Positions 39,201-49,182 of a stretch of DNA of 64,000 nt are shown one piece after another. The position numbers and the translations under genes were made by a program. The DNA is taken from assembly GCA_000002435.2 (NCBI GenBank), contig CM018790.1; one strand, given 5' to 3'. Numbering within the stretch: the first letter of the stretch is position 1; every line of letters begins with the position of its first letter. Below the pieces are notes generated by a model. It was not told the origin of the DNA. It did not search any database and saw only the letters and a program-made list of their open reading frames with translations. The stretch is from Giardia intestinalis (lineage: Eukaryota).

Positions 39201-41333
39201 CTTTGGAATGCACGTCTTGTTGTATGTAACATAGTCCCCAATGCAATTACACTGCCACGTTGCGTCCCGTCCGACAGTGCATTCGAGTGTAAAGGTAGAC
39301 GGCCCAGCGCAATACTCGGGCGCCCATGGACCAGCAAGACTCTTGTCAAGCTTGCATGCATCAGTGACACACGCCTTCAAATTTGGATCCCATTTGGCAG
39401 CAGTCCCACAATCACACTCGTATCCGCTTTTATCCTTTTTCTGAATGCAGTCTCCAACACCGCCGCAGTAATTGTACCACATATGACCGAATTGGCCATC
39501 GTGACAGTCACTATGTATGCAGGTTTTATTGTGTTTTTCAAAGTGTACAAGGTGGAACTTCTCTGGACATACAGTACACGTTTCAGGTAGATCGGGTTCG
39601 TCGGAAAGCTTAGCGCACGTAGGCAAGTTATCAACTGGCAGGTTTTCTGTTACATTCTCAAGGAACCCACAAAAGAACCTTCTTGTCTTGTCTATTTTGC
39701 TAACATGCACACACCCAGGTTTAGCGGAGAAGGTGCCGTTGTAGGCCGAAACGTTCCCATCACTGGAGTCTTTAGGAACGCATGTGATGAACGGATTGCT
39801 AGGATCGCCGAAGGTAGTGTACTGACCATCTGGTCCGCAGACGCGTGAGTCAGCAGCACGTGCGGTGGGCGGTTGCGGCGTCGATATGATGCATTTTTTG
39901 GCGGTGCATACGCCATCTATCTCCTCTGCAGTGGCTGTATCACAAGTTTCGCACTTATCGCCCGTGTAGATTGATGAGCAGTTGCACTTCATTGTAGAAG
40001 AATCTGCAGGGTCAAGTACAATATGCCCGTGGCCACTGCAAACCGTGGCAGGGCTATCCACCAGACTGCTCAAGATGCAGCGTCCTGAAGCAATGTAGGT
40101 ATAGTCCTGATCACAAGTGCATTGTATATTTTGTAGATTGTCGGTTTTGCACGTGCCGTGTCCCGAGCAGACCTTCCCCAGCTCCTCGTCCATGCACGCG
40201 GGGGACGTGCACTCTCCGCTGACGGCAATGAGCATGTCCGGACAGCGGCAGTGGTACTCGCCGTCGGACTTGACACATGTTCCTCCGTTCTTGCATGATT
40301 CCTGGTTGTTTGAGGTGAGGCATCCCAGCGGAACGCACTTGTCGCCTACCTGAGCGGATTTCCCAGAAGTGCAAGTATCGCAGAGGTCGCCCGTGGCAAG
40401 CCCTCGGCAATCGCAACTATAACCAGCCCCGTTGCGCACACACGCGCCCACTCCGCCACAGATCTTCGAGCGGGACTCGTCTGTGCACACGGAGTATGTA
40501 CAAAACTGACCGACCTGGACTGCATCCGAATCGCAAACGCACTTGAAGGTACCGGTATTGCCCTCATCTGTGCAGTTCCCGAAACCCCCGCAGACGACCG
40601 GGGACCCGTCGATCGTGACTACGCACTCTGTCCTGACACATTTGTGTCCAACGCGTGTGTAGCCATCATTGCACTTGCAGCGATAGTGATATGATTCGCG
40701 ATCGAGGCCCACGTCAAGGATGCACGTTCCCTGGCCTGAGCACACGACGCCATCCGAGTCCTGGCAGGCCCGCGCATTGCACGTAGGGAGGGAATCAGAC
40801 GAAGAGCTTTCTGTAGCGATCGCGTTGGCGTCGTCGCACGACTGGCAGAGGCCCCCGCGGTAGATCGGGTAGCAGTCGCACGCGTAGTCGTCAGCACTCA
40901 GCCCGGCCAGCCCGGGGTCCTTCAGGAGGCAGCGGCCGCGGCCGTTGCAGGGGGCCTTCGTTGCCTCCTGTCCTGAGAGGTCACCGGTGTTGAAGCAGTC
41001 CTTCGACAGGCACTCGCCCTCGTAGGACACGAAGCCATCGGGGCAGGGGTCGCACGAGTACGCCCCTGCGTAGTAGTTGCACTTGCTCGACCCTGTGCAC
41101 TCCGTCCCGTTCACGAGGCAGGCGTAGTTGACGGCCCTGTCTGCGGGTGTCTGCCCACTGGTAGTTACCTTGCGGAACCCTGCACGGGGGGCGTCGCACG
41201 CAGCTCCCGCCCAGCCCCGCCTGCACTGGCAGAAGTGTGCTCCGTCCCCGTAGGCGCAGTCTCCGTTAACACATGCAGGTCCTGTCCCGCATGGGGTCAC
41301 AGAGTACACTGTGATGAACAGAAGGCCTAACAT
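36288..41333 (-). CDS. High-cysteine membrane protein (HCMP; VSP-like/EGF-like Cys-rich ectodomain, ~1680 aa) with signal peptide, single C-terminal TM segment and a ~60-aa basic cytoplasmic tail (not CRGKA).
   Basis: ATG at 41333 gives MLGLLFITVYSV leader (the track's 41360 start is GTG). Hundreds of Cys in CXXC/CXC spacing. C-terminal TM segment AAIVVVVLLVLVAVAGFLIWWFVI followed by RPRRGGPLRERAPQKGSKSSRSKLKR... Confidence 0.85.
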   Translation of the reverse strand: MLGLLFITVYSVTPCGTGPACVNGDCAYGDGAHFCQCRRGWAGAACDAPRAGFRKVTTSGQTPADRAVNYACLVNGTECTGSSKCNYYAGAYSCDPCPDGFVSYEGECLSKDCFNTGDLSGQEATKAPCNGRGRCLLKDPGLAGLSADDYACDCYPIYRGGLCQSCDDANAIATESSSSDSLPTCNARACQDSDGVVCSGQGTCILDVGLDRESYHYRCKCNDGYTRVGHKCVRTECVVTIDGSPVVCGGFGNCTDEGNTGTFKCVCDSDAVQVGQFCTYSVCTDESRSKICGGVGACVRNGAGYSCDCRGLATGDLCDTCTSGKSAQVGDKCVPLGCLTSNNQESCKNGGTCVKSDGEYHCRCPDMLIAVSGECTSPACMDEELGKVCSGHGTCKTDNLQNIQCTCDQDYTYIASGRCILSSLVDSPATVCSGHGHIVLDPADSSTMKCNCSSIYTGDKCETCDTATAEEIDGVCTAKKCIISTPQPPTARAADSRVCGPDGQYTTFGDPSNPFITCVPKDSSDGNVSAYNGTFSAKPGCVHVSKIDKTRRFFCGFLENVTENLPVDNLPTCAKLSDEPDLPETCTVCPEKFHLVHFEKHNKTCIHSDCHDGQFGHMWYNYCGGVGDCIQKKDKSGYECDCGTAAKWDPNLKACVTDACKLDKSLAGPWAPEYCAGPSTFTLECTVGRDATWQCNCIGDYVTYNKTCIPKSKNANSTTHRARGLCGGPGAGYIDSTGTCVCSNGFFKIGDMCYSYDCLPVGIPDSIRNPDINVLVCSGKGVCVYNQLTGRYGCECEGDLEAFGGYCTYPTCAGKVLHNGEVKYVECKVYDGSTMRCSKPSTGTPSCSCRYPYKSANGLCVHLRCMPNDVYCGGDALAVCTHGTDNYYTCFCSEGYEKGRLYDECIPSKCVYRKSLDDPAIACNRLGSCNGGPLLKDKQCNCNSDAKLVTLRDVSGELRKTCVLEKCISSGQGVDPPIICGGLGRCEYNGCVCDTGYEPFGNTCVSPKCLINTVTTNNVVAKSICGGDTIGECVKTGTAGTFEDYTCNCKTGLTGYEVVDGFCLPAACIFEVTASDDTKQKTMCGGSHLGSCVLNLTEQVKSYCKCDNWYNIVQINTGMCMNSNCLSDTLPGNPVQKLECSGHGKCKGSKNTGYSCTCDANYETLSASGYRYLCIPSKCLTSKTGLERICSGRGSCLLTKDSEGCSCRSEYSGDKCQDCATGYKEYTDNRCYPTDCPEGDSCSEESSPVAGSCQLVNSRFTCVCVSSSFIVDKTSKKCRKSKCYYTDPYENIEKKCYNMGYCDETGDTETCSCYSGTTLVGTGVCVYAECMPENHKTDPAMICNKRGTCVEGPVAGTGLCRCDSSRYRTDKKTGQCFVKECFGAHESILAEVCDGGGTCNEDNKRCDCTVDGFQSLEGQTSCVHKNCVSSDNKLCSGFGACEKAGDTYRCVCLDFYTLVNKDCIPTRCLKDGKICNGGGQCTGEGSSAICSCNQGWTLHGTLCYPSACISGGTLCGGNGDCPLSTDSTCECKYGYESVLDQLCISSQCVQRGTDGTVTICGGNGRCVSENGIKPTCICDEGFSLTSDFVCGVPVPSNKSSASTTAAIVVVVLLVLVAVAGFLIWWFVIRPRRGGPLRERAPQKGSKSSRSKLKRQATSNASLHADVPLLSQLSGANSSIQL

Positions 41334-42088
41334 AAGGTCTTTTAAGAAAACCGTGCACACATTAGTGTATTACTTTTACACACGTTTCTATCGATATACT
41401 ATTTAGTTCCTTGGTCAGTTGGTTGGCTTCTTTAGTCTACGGCGCACTTTTCCTCGGATTTAAGCTACAGTATTTTCGCAGTATACTGACATAGACTGAA
41501 AAATTGATTACTTTGTTTGCTCAAGATTATTGTAATCTATCAGTAATGGGGAGGCATTGGCCTTGAACCTGAAGAGTTATTCTGTTTCTGTGATCCTGAC
41601 CTCACATATAGTAACCTAGGATTATTAACGGATTATTAACAAGACTGTATGCTTAGATTATGAATAGGGAGGATGGTTCTAATCTAACCTGTTAGAAGAA
41701 GATATTTATGTGCCAGTGGAGTTAGTGTCCATTGTGAAGTCTTGGTAAATTAGCGTTTAGTGTGTTGCGAAAAATTCAAAGTATGGATCTATTGTAGCTC
41801 CGATGCTATGCAGGGGATATGTTCGTCATCCACCCTCACAACAAGTGGACCGCAGTCGACCAGGTATCAGTGTTGTAGACCCCTGGGGTGGAGCCGGACA
41901 TATCATAGACAGCCTGGTAGTGACACGGGGAAAACCATTCAGCACAGAAGCCCACGGCCCAGATGTTCGGTATGCCGAGGAGAGCATCTCTATGGAGATT
42001 TACAAAAAAGACATTTCATTTTACCCCCAGCAACTTAAGGAGCAACTTATAGAAGACATCCTACGGTAGTTCTAGATACAGTAACGTA

Positions 42089-43708
42089 ATGACTGCTGAA
42101 CTGTTGCAGCTCAAAAACCAATTCTACGATCTTGCCAAGGAACTCCTCGGTCAACTCGATCCTTCAGAAGCTCAAGAAAAGACATCAGCGGCAAACACCT
42201 ACCATGTGGAAGGCACGTTCGCGGGGTTCTTAAGCAAAAATATCCTGGAGCAATGCGAGCGCCGCCTGCCTCACGCATCTAGACCCGTCTGTTTGGATTC
42301 TTCACAGAGTCAACGGGATCATACATTAGCAATGGCCGCACTGTTAATTCCTATCTATAATTTAATAGCTAAGTATCACTTAACGCAGGTAATGAGTTGT
42401 GCAAGCAGGCGTCTTGTCACAACCATTGACGACACAGCGTTTCCTGTAAGGACTCTCAGTGGCGCCTCTTTATCTATAGAAGACATCCTAACCGTGAAGA
42501 CCCCTAACGCGTGGCTAAATGACGAAGTAATCAATGCACAGGTGTCACTTATAAATGCTCGTTGCAAGGGGCTTTCAATTGCAAACACACACCTTTATAG
42601 CAAGGCTTTGTCCTCAGGACCATACGGGCTAGAGGCCTGGCTCCGTCCTCTTCTATCCCAGCCAATAGAAACCTTTGTTATACCAATGAATCTAAACAAC
42701 ACACACTGGACAGCATGCTCTATACATCTTCAAGGGCATTTTGTTTTCTGCTTTGATTCTATGCGTGCCATTAACACACGCACAATCAAACCAGTTCTCC
42801 TGCTTCTGTTAACTTACGCAGATATGTTTGGATTGACCAGGGATGTCATACATAGGAGCTTAGTAGTTTTGTTCCCGGGGTTCGCACGCACATTCATAGA
42901 GATAGATGAGGAGGAGCATATACTTGAAGAGCTAGCTAGTATTGAGAAACAACGTGCCAATATTGCATTACTTTCACAGAGCGTCGGAGAAAACATAGAT
43001 ACAATATCAATTTCGTCCACAGGATCAGATGCAGAGCTTAGTTCGGTGCAGGCTGTACTCACTTCATCTGCCAACACAGATACCAGGCCCAAACGAATCT
43101 TCGAGAAGCTTGCACTTCAGCGTCCACGATCGTCGTACTACTTGTTGCACAGGATGAGGCTTAGTATGTGTGGTATATCCAATTCCACGGACAGTACCGG
43201 GCTCCTCTCCAGACCAACGATTGACACTAAAGAGCAGGATGATCTAATAGCTACCAGGGGAGCCCCTACATCTCCCGCAGCTGCAAACATAGTTCTGGAG
43301 ATCTTATCTACCCTTACTGCATGCACAGCAGACATTGAAGTCGCAGGGCAAAGGCTTCACGATGAGGGGCTTGACACTCTTTTGGATTCCCCTTCAAGTG
43401 ATCTCCTGTTTGTAGATGTGAAGACAGCAGAGATAGCTTTGCACAAGCTGCGTAGAGAATACAACATTGGGAGCCTGCTTACTTCTGCTGCAGAAGCAGT
43501 AATGCTTTCACTGAATATGCCTCAGCAAGAAAATGGGTATGATTGCGGAGTCTATATGCTGTTATTTATGAAGATGATTGCACGTCAGTTTGGACCTGGC
43601 TATCCACTTGTGGCCCAGGACACCAAGAGAGTAAGGTCCCTTATAACTATGGAGGTGTGTAAGCAAAAGCTACTGATCACCCCGCAAGATCTGGACGAGC
43701 TCTGCTAG
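42089..43708 (+). CDS. Ulp1/SENP-family SUMO-specific cysteine protease (peptidase C48) with an unusually long insertion between the catalytic His and Cys.
   Basis: NAWLNDEVIN (Ulp1 N-terminal signature), catalytic His-Trp in NNTHWTACSIHL, FDSM, and catalytic Gln/Cys in QQENGYDCGVYML. About 290 aa separate His and Cys, versus ~80 typically. Confidence 0.75.
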   Translation: MTAELLQLKNQFYDLAKELLGQLDPSEAQEKTSAANTYHVEGTFAGFLSKNILEQCERRLPHASRPVCLDSSQSQRDHTLAMAALLIPIYNLIAKYHLTQVMSCASRRLVTTIDDTAFPVRTLSGASLSIEDILTVKTPNAWLNDEVINAQVSLINARCKGLSIANTHLYSKALSSGPYGLEAWLRPLLSQPIETFVIPMNLNNTHWTACSIHLQGHFVFCFDSMRAINTRTIKPVLLLLLTYADMFGLTRDVIHRSLVVLFPGFARTFIEIDEEEHILEELASIEKQRANIALLSQSVGENIDTISISSTGSDAELSSVQAVLTSSANTDTRPKRIFEKLALQRPRSSYYLLHRMRLSMCGISNSTDSTGLLSRPTIDTKEQDDLIATRGAPTSPAAANIVLEILSTLTACTADIEVAGQRLHDEGLDTLLDSPSSDLLFVDVKTAEIALHKLRREYNIGSLLTSAAEAVMLSLNMPQQENGYDCGVYMLLFMKMIARQFGPGYPLVAQDTKRVRSLITMEVCKQKLLITPQDLDELC

Positions 43709-43790
43709 GCCTATGGGTCTGGTGTCTAAGTTGTGTTTGAAAACCCTACTCTGCCCGTGTTAGGGAAAGTTTCAAATTCTAAAAAATAGT

Positions 43791-46046
43791 ATGTTTTCTA
43801 CCGCCTCCATTGCCTCAGAAAGCGACTGGTTTGAGGCCGTGAAGCAGTCCCGTCTCGGAGATATCAAAAACGCTGCTCACTCCTATGCTGGAGCCGTGGA
43901 CAACGCTGGGGAGACGGGTCTGATGCTGGCCGCGCGTCTGGGGTACGAGTCGCTGGTTAACTTTTTGCTCCCCTATGAGTCAGGACAATTTAATCTGCGT
44001 GGAGAAACGGCGCTAATTATTGCCATGCAGGCCCACAAGCTCAAGATAGTTCAGCTTTTGGCACCCCGCGAGGCTTCTGTCAAGCTAGAAAAAGGAGGGT
44101 CCGCACTCCACTATGCCGTGATTTACGAGTACCTGGACTCCATCCCTATCCTGGCTAAGTATCTCAAGGATGTCCCCGATCCAGAGGGCCTGCTCCCCTT
44201 GGAACTTGCCGTCCGGACAGAAAACTTTGAGGCCACCGTGGATCTTCTGTACTACGGTCAGCCTCACAGCCTCGCGAGTCTTACACGTGCACGGTCTCTC
44301 CTTTCAGACAAGCTTGGAGCCAATTGGACACGTGAATTTGATAAGTACATGTCTGCTGCTGAGGATCATTATTTGAACGATTCAGATAGCTGCGGTAAGG
44401 TGCCAGAGGGTGGTACATCAACTTATACCGGAACTTCACGTAACAGTTATCCACCCTTTTTTCTTGAGCGCACGGAAGAGGATGCCTTAGTAGAACAGCC
44501 ACAGCCACCCTACAGTCCAACTTCTGAGGACTACGGAGCATTGGGGGCTGCAGCTGCCGCTGCATCGCGAAACAAAAATAAGTTTGGCAATCTGAATTTA
44601 CATGGTACCAATCCAATCATACCAGAAGAGGACGATATTCCCAAGATAGAAGACGTTGTAGAGCCTGATCTAGATTTTCCTGTGCGATGTGAATACGATC
44701 CACAAGGTTATAGTCCAATCCAAGAGACTGTCAACCACACGGTTACATCCCCGTCCATCTTGACAGGGGAGCTGATGAACTATGAGAATGCGCTTTTACA
44801 GCAACCATCGTCAAGTATAGGCAGGGAGCTAGAACTGGCAATCTCTGATGCTCGTTATGAAGGGCAGCATGACTCACAAGACGCTGCTCCTCAGGCACTC
44901 ATTTATGACCCTGTGCAGCCCAAGAATATCGATGCAAAGTCACGGCAAGAAGAACTTGCACGCAAAGCGGAGATGGAAGACACCAGATACAAATATTTCG
45001 AAAAAGACATCGCCAAACTAACGGCATCTGTTTCAAGGACAAGGACAGCCAATGATGTATTGCAGCTCCTGGGAAGCTCAACAACCATAGAAGAGGATGC
45101 ACTACCAAGAAACAAGTTCGTCCCTGATATTACTGCTTCTCAGCGTGTGGTTTCACCTCGTGGAAGTATGCGGGCTAGCTCAGGGCCACGGTCCCCGAAT
45201 CGAAGAGCGATCAATTCTCAAGGATTGGACGCGTCATTCTCCAGTCGATACTCCAATGTGGAGAAGGCAGGCAGCAGGTTATCTGGGAGCCGCACCACAG
45301 AGAACCTCCTCAAAGATCTGGTGACAAGTAGGTATTTGAATGGCGATACTGAGCTCATTTATTCGGTAAAGCACAAGAATCTCCCCATGGTCGATCAGCT
45401 GGCCCCTTCGCAGCACGGTGAGCGAGACGCCGACGGGAAAACAGCCCTTCATCTAGCAGCAGAACGCAACAACAAGCCAATGATAGATATCCTAGCGCAG
45501 TACGAGGCAAGTATGTTTGATAACGACGGCTGGACCGCTCTCATGCGCCTTGCTGCACAGAATGCAGTAGACTCTGTCTGGCCTCTTCTTGACAAGGAGG
45601 CGCGACTGCAGCGAGCAGCAGATGGATGGACGGCGCTGATGATCGCTGTAATGCACGCCGACCTGGAGATGGTTAAGATATTGGAGCCGTACGAGGTGGG
45701 AATGCAGGCCCACGACGGGTCCACCGCGTTAATACTAGCGATAAAGGCTGATAGACCCAGCGTGGCGACGTTCTTGTTTCAGAAGGAGCGGCATATATGC
45801 GACAAAGACGGTATATCTGGCGAGCAGTGGGGAATCAACCTCAATCGGCCATATATCAAAGCGATACTTGTTGAGGAAGCGCGAAAACGAGAAGAGCAAA
45901 TGAGCAAGAAGCGCCAAAGTGTGGTTTTGCCTAAGTACGTCCCACGATCACGTATAACAAAGATAGAGGCCAGAAGCCCAAGACGTAGTGACGCCATGAG
46001 TGACGGTTACCGGCTTCCCTCCATATGGCTCAACGAAGTTGATTAG
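43791..46046 (+). CDS. Ankyrin-repeat protein of the Giardia 'protein 21.1' type (751 aa) with N- and C-terminal ankyrin blocks and a low-complexity middle.
   Basis: Repeated G-TALM/LH-A---G pattern at both ends (GETGLMLAARLGYESLVNFLL, GETALIIAMQAHKLKIVQLLA ... DGKTALHLAAERNNKPMIDILA, DGWTALMIAVMHADLEMVKILE, DGSTALILAIKADRPSVATFLF). Confidence 0.8.
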   Translation: MFSTASIASESDWFEAVKQSRLGDIKNAAHSYAGAVDNAGETGLMLAARLGYESLVNFLLPYESGQFNLRGETALIIAMQAHKLKIVQLLAPREASVKLEKGGSALHYAVIYEYLDSIPILAKYLKDVPDPEGLLPLELAVRTENFEATVDLLYYGQPHSLASLTRARSLLSDKLGANWTREFDKYMSAAEDHYLNDSDSCGKVPEGGTSTYTGTSRNSYPPFFLERTEEDALVEQPQPPYSPTSEDYGALGAAAAAASRNKNKFGNLNLHGTNPIIPEEDDIPKIEDVVEPDLDFPVRCEYDPQGYSPIQETVNHTVTSPSILTGELMNYENALLQQPSSSIGRELELAISDARYEGQHDSQDAAPQALIYDPVQPKNIDAKSRQEELARKAEMEDTRYKYFEKDIAKLTASVSRTRTANDVLQLLGSSTTIEEDALPRNKFVPDITASQRVVSPRGSMRASSGPRSPNRRAINSQGLDASFSSRYSNVEKAGSRLSGSRTTENLLKDLVTSRYLNGDTELIYSVKHKNLPMVDQLAPSQHGERDADGKTALHLAAERNNKPMIDILAQYEASMFDNDGWTALMRLAAQNAVDSVWPLLDKEARLQRAADGWTALMIAVMHADLEMVKILEPYEVGMQAHDGSTALILAIKADRPSVATFLFQKERHICDKDGISGEQWGINLNRPYIKAILVEEARKREEQMSKKRQSVVLPKYVPRSRITKIEARSPRRSDAMSDGYRLPSIWLNEVD

Positions 46047-46059
46047 TATGCGGGAAATG

Positions 46060-48195
46060 TCACTGAAGCAGTGATTCCAGTGCATCTGTCCATGCTAGAG
46101 TTCCCCTTTCTAAAGTAAATAGCGAGGAAAGAACCGCAGGAGCTGCTGCTCGATAGAGCTGGTCGTTTCTGTCTCTGAGGAATCGCATATAGGAGAGTGT
46201 AAAGCGAATGTTCCTATACATTATGACATCGCGCTCAGACCCCGTTTGGATTGCCTTGAGGCGCTGGGAAAGATGAGATAAAATAGAGGACTGGAGGGAG
46301 GCGGGATCTGCGTCCGGATCCTTGGAGGCCAGAAGATTGACAACTCCGTCTTTGCAATCTAATGCAAAGATACCATAGCTCAAGAAGTCCACCAACAACC
46401 TAAGATCGTTGATATCCGGATTCGTGCGACATAGCTTCACAAGAAGGGGCAAAACAGACGGGTCCTTATTTTCGACAGACTCTATGCTACTGTCTGCCAT
46501 GGTGGTGGCAGCAGAAGAAGACTCGCCCACAATCTCCAGAGTAGATGCATTGATCGACGAGAGAGAAAGATTCATGAGGCCCATGAGATCATCTCGGTAC
46601 AACCCAACGTGGTCAGCGATCTTGACAAAGAACGGGATGGTCGTGTCTTTGTAGAGACAAATGGCGTCGCTATTGGGTGTAACGGTGACCAACAATGGGA
46701 TGGACAGCTGTTTGTCGAGAAGGTCTCTGAGTCGTGGAGATGAGTATACCCGCTGTGCGTAAGGGAGGAGCGCGGGGATGTCCAGGTCTATATCGAGGGT
46801 AAGAGCGTAAGTGCTGAGAATAATTCCTGTGGGAGACCGCTTTATATCGGGCATCTGGTGGTCTGCATCCAAATAGGAGACGATCTCCGTCACAGAGGCA
46901 TGCGTCTTGGACACCACCTTATTTGTGAACAAGAAGTCATCGAGTCCGCTCACCTCAAACACAAGATGCTTAATTAAGGACTTGGAACACACCAGTTCAA
47001 AGTTCAAAGTGATGCGATTCAGCTTCGACTTGGACGGAAGAACACGGTGTACGGTCTGGGGCTGGTCCAGGTACCTCAACTGCGGGTTCATCTCGCGCGT
47101 CCTCTGGTCCCATGTGCCACAATACTGCTTTAGACAGTCTCCGATACGTTCATCGACAACGGCTCTATAGCATAGCTCGGCAACCTGGTATACAGCTTTG
47201 TGGTCAGAAAGCATCAGGTCCTGAAGAGATGAGTATTTAATATAATTGAGCTTCAGATTATCGCCTTGATTGTATTTTCTGGAGATGAGGATGCGATCTG
47301 TCCAGGAGGGCTCTCTGTCTAAAACTAGCGAGCCTCCCTTTCCATACTTGTAGGATGGCGGGAAGACAATCTTTTCTTCTTCAAACGAGTTACTGTTGAG
47401 AATGAATGCATCCGAATCCATCCTAATCTTGAGTTGGTCTTCTTTCGTAGCCTTATCTATGCGATAGTTGAGGTCACCAAGCAGAATTATATAATCGTAG
47501 CACTCGAAGATCGGTAAGTTCTCTTGGTTTCTGCGGTGAAGAGCACTCCTATCCATGGGGAGGAAGCTTGCAAAGCGGAGGTCACGTGCCTCATTGAACT
47601 GGTCTGCAGCCATGAAGTTCTGCTCATCTGTCGACCCATCCTGCTTCTTCACAGTACACAGGGTCACAGAGGAGTGGTGGAAGAGACTAATCAGCTGCTT
47701 GTCCCGCTTTTCAAGGTCCTCCTCTGTTTCACCGTGCAGAAGATGACAATTTAAGATCAAATAGGATGTGCTGTTGATGCAGAAAGAGACCGCAACACCA
47801 CCCTTGTTACCGAAGATTTTTCCCACCCCCATCGAGACCGTCGTCGCCTCGATGTCGTGCATCTGGGGCAATAACTGCACATCTATGTACATGAGTATCA
47901 CAATACCCATCATGAAGTGAGAGGCAAGCTTCATATACTTGAGAGAGTTGGAGGACTTGGTGCCTCCGCGGACAAACTCAGCGTCTAGAAGATCCTCCCA
48001 CTTCGTGATGCGCTTCGACTTCTTAATATTCGCGGAGATTGACATGTCGATCTCCTGGAAGCCCAGCACCACCACGCGGCTTCCGACCATGACCTTAGCG
48101 ATCTCCTTGGCTGCCAGCTGGTTCGGATCCTTCTCTTTAACGTTGAAGGTCATGAACGCCATCTGCACTGGATGGTACTCAAAGACCTGTTCCAT
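46060..48195 (-). CDS. Inositol polyphosphate 5-phosphatase (endonuclease/exonuclease/phosphatase fold) with a long C-terminal extension.
   Basis: 5-phosphatase motifs GNKGGVAVSF, LLGDLNYRID, FPPSYKY, PSWTDRILIS. First ATG in frame at 48195 (MEQVFEYH...); track start 48258 is TTG. Confidence 0.85.
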   Translation of the reverse strand: MEQVFEYHPVQMAFMTFNVKEKDPNQLAAKEIAKVMVGSRVVVLGFQEIDMSISANIKKSKRITKWEDLLDAEFVRGGTKSSNSLKYMKLASHFMMGIVILMYIDVQLLPQMHDIEATTVSMGVGKIFGNKGGVAVSFCINSTSYLILNCHLLHGETEEDLEKRDKQLISLFHHSSVTLCTVKKQDGSTDEQNFMAADQFNEARDLRFASFLPMDRSALHRRNQENLPIFECYDYIILLGDLNYRIDKATKEDQLKIRMDSDAFILNSNSFEEEKIVFPPSYKYGKGGSLVLDREPSWTDRILISRKYNQGDNLKLNYIKYSSLQDLMLSDHKAVYQVAELCYRAVVDERIGDCLKQYCGTWDQRTREMNPQLRYLDQPQTVHRVLPSKSKLNRITLNFELVCSKSLIKHLVFEVSGLDDFLFTNKVVSKTHASVTEIVSYLDADHQMPDIKRSPTGIILSTYALTLDIDLDIPALLPYAQRVYSSPRLRDLLDKQLSIPLLVTVTPNSDAICLYKDTTIPFFVKIADHVGLYRDDLMGLMNLSLSSINASTLEIVGESSSAATTMADSSIESVENKDPSVLPLLVKLCRTNPDINDLRLLVDFLSYGIFALDCKDGVVNLLASKDPDADPASLQSSILSHLSQRLKAIQTGSERDVIMYRNIRFTLSYMRFLRDRNDQLYRAAAPAVLSSLFTLERGTLAWTDALESLLQ

Positions 48196-48318
48196 GACCC
48201 TTTTTGTTTTTAGATCTATGTTGAGGCCTGCACTGTGCGTAAGCTCAGCTAGACTCAATCATATTGTCGCGGCACCAGACATCACAGAAGAGCATTTACA
48301 AAAGCCCATAAAGCCGAG

Positions 48319-49002
48319 CTACGGCCCTTGCATATAAAGGTGAGACGGAGGTGAACAAGAGTATCTTCGACCCAGAAAGGCAAGAAGGAGAAGCTCAGCA
48401 TGGCCAGCGCCCTCGGTAGACTGGGCACCAAACGAACAGGGCTTGCTAGAGGCAGGAGTGGATGCAGATGGGAGGCGCTTGGGAGCTGGCTCTGGCGTGC
48501 AGTGGTGACCAACAGGTGTGTCCGCAGAAATCGCTCCTGAAAGAAGCTTGTGTTGCTTGTTGCTTATAAACACCGAGAGCTTGTGCCCAGCGAAGAACGT
48601 GCAATTAAGCTTGGCCACGCACTCTTCAGCTGCAGATTGGCTAGCGAACTTAATGAAACCTTTGCCCGTAAAGGCGTTCTTGTCGTCTATGTAATACTTT
48701 ACAGAAGAAACATGACACGCATTCGCCTTCACATGCGCACGGAAATCATCTATGGAAACAGAGTACCCAATTCCATTGACAAAGAGGACTGTTTCGATTG
48801 CAGGAATGAGCGCTGCCCCAATCCTACAGTTGAAGGCTACATTGAAGCCCTCCGCGGCAAGCCGGAGGTACTCTTGTGCAGCGTCGCCTGGAGTACTGAA
48901 CGACACGTAGACGGCACTGTATATCTTATCTCCAATACGCTCTCCTGTCTTCCGCTGGCTCTTTGCTCCAGAAATCTTCAAGAGCCGCAAGAGTTCATCC
49001 AT
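48319..49002 (-). CDS. RRM (RNA-recognition motif) containing protein; exact 3' end uncertain.
   Basis: RNP2-like LFVNGI and RNP1-like KGFIKFAS separated by ~35 aa; ATG at 49002. Confidence 0.5.
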   Translation of the reverse strand: MDELLRLLKISGAKSQRKTGERIGDKIYSAVYVSFSTPGDAAQEYLRLAAEGFNVAFNCRIGAALIPAIETVLFVNGIGYSVSIDDFRAHVKANACHVSSVKYYIDDKNAFTGKGFIKFASQSAAEECVAKLNCTFFAGHKLSVFISNKQHKLLSGAISADTPVGHHCTPEPAPKRLPSASTPASSKPCSFGAQSTEGAGHAELLLLAFLGRRYSCSPPSHLYMQGP

Positions 49003-49182
49003 TTCGGCAGGATATGGGAGGAGGTCTATCTTGAGGTCACTGGATACGGTGAGTGTGGAGCCAGGCTGGTGAGTCGTTGCTGATCTATACTCGTACCCTC
49101 TTTCGTTTTAATTCTTTGCTTTTTTGCTTTTTCCGAGTACCTGGCTTCTATTAGCATTTGGCTTCAAAGCTAGGCCGTTACC

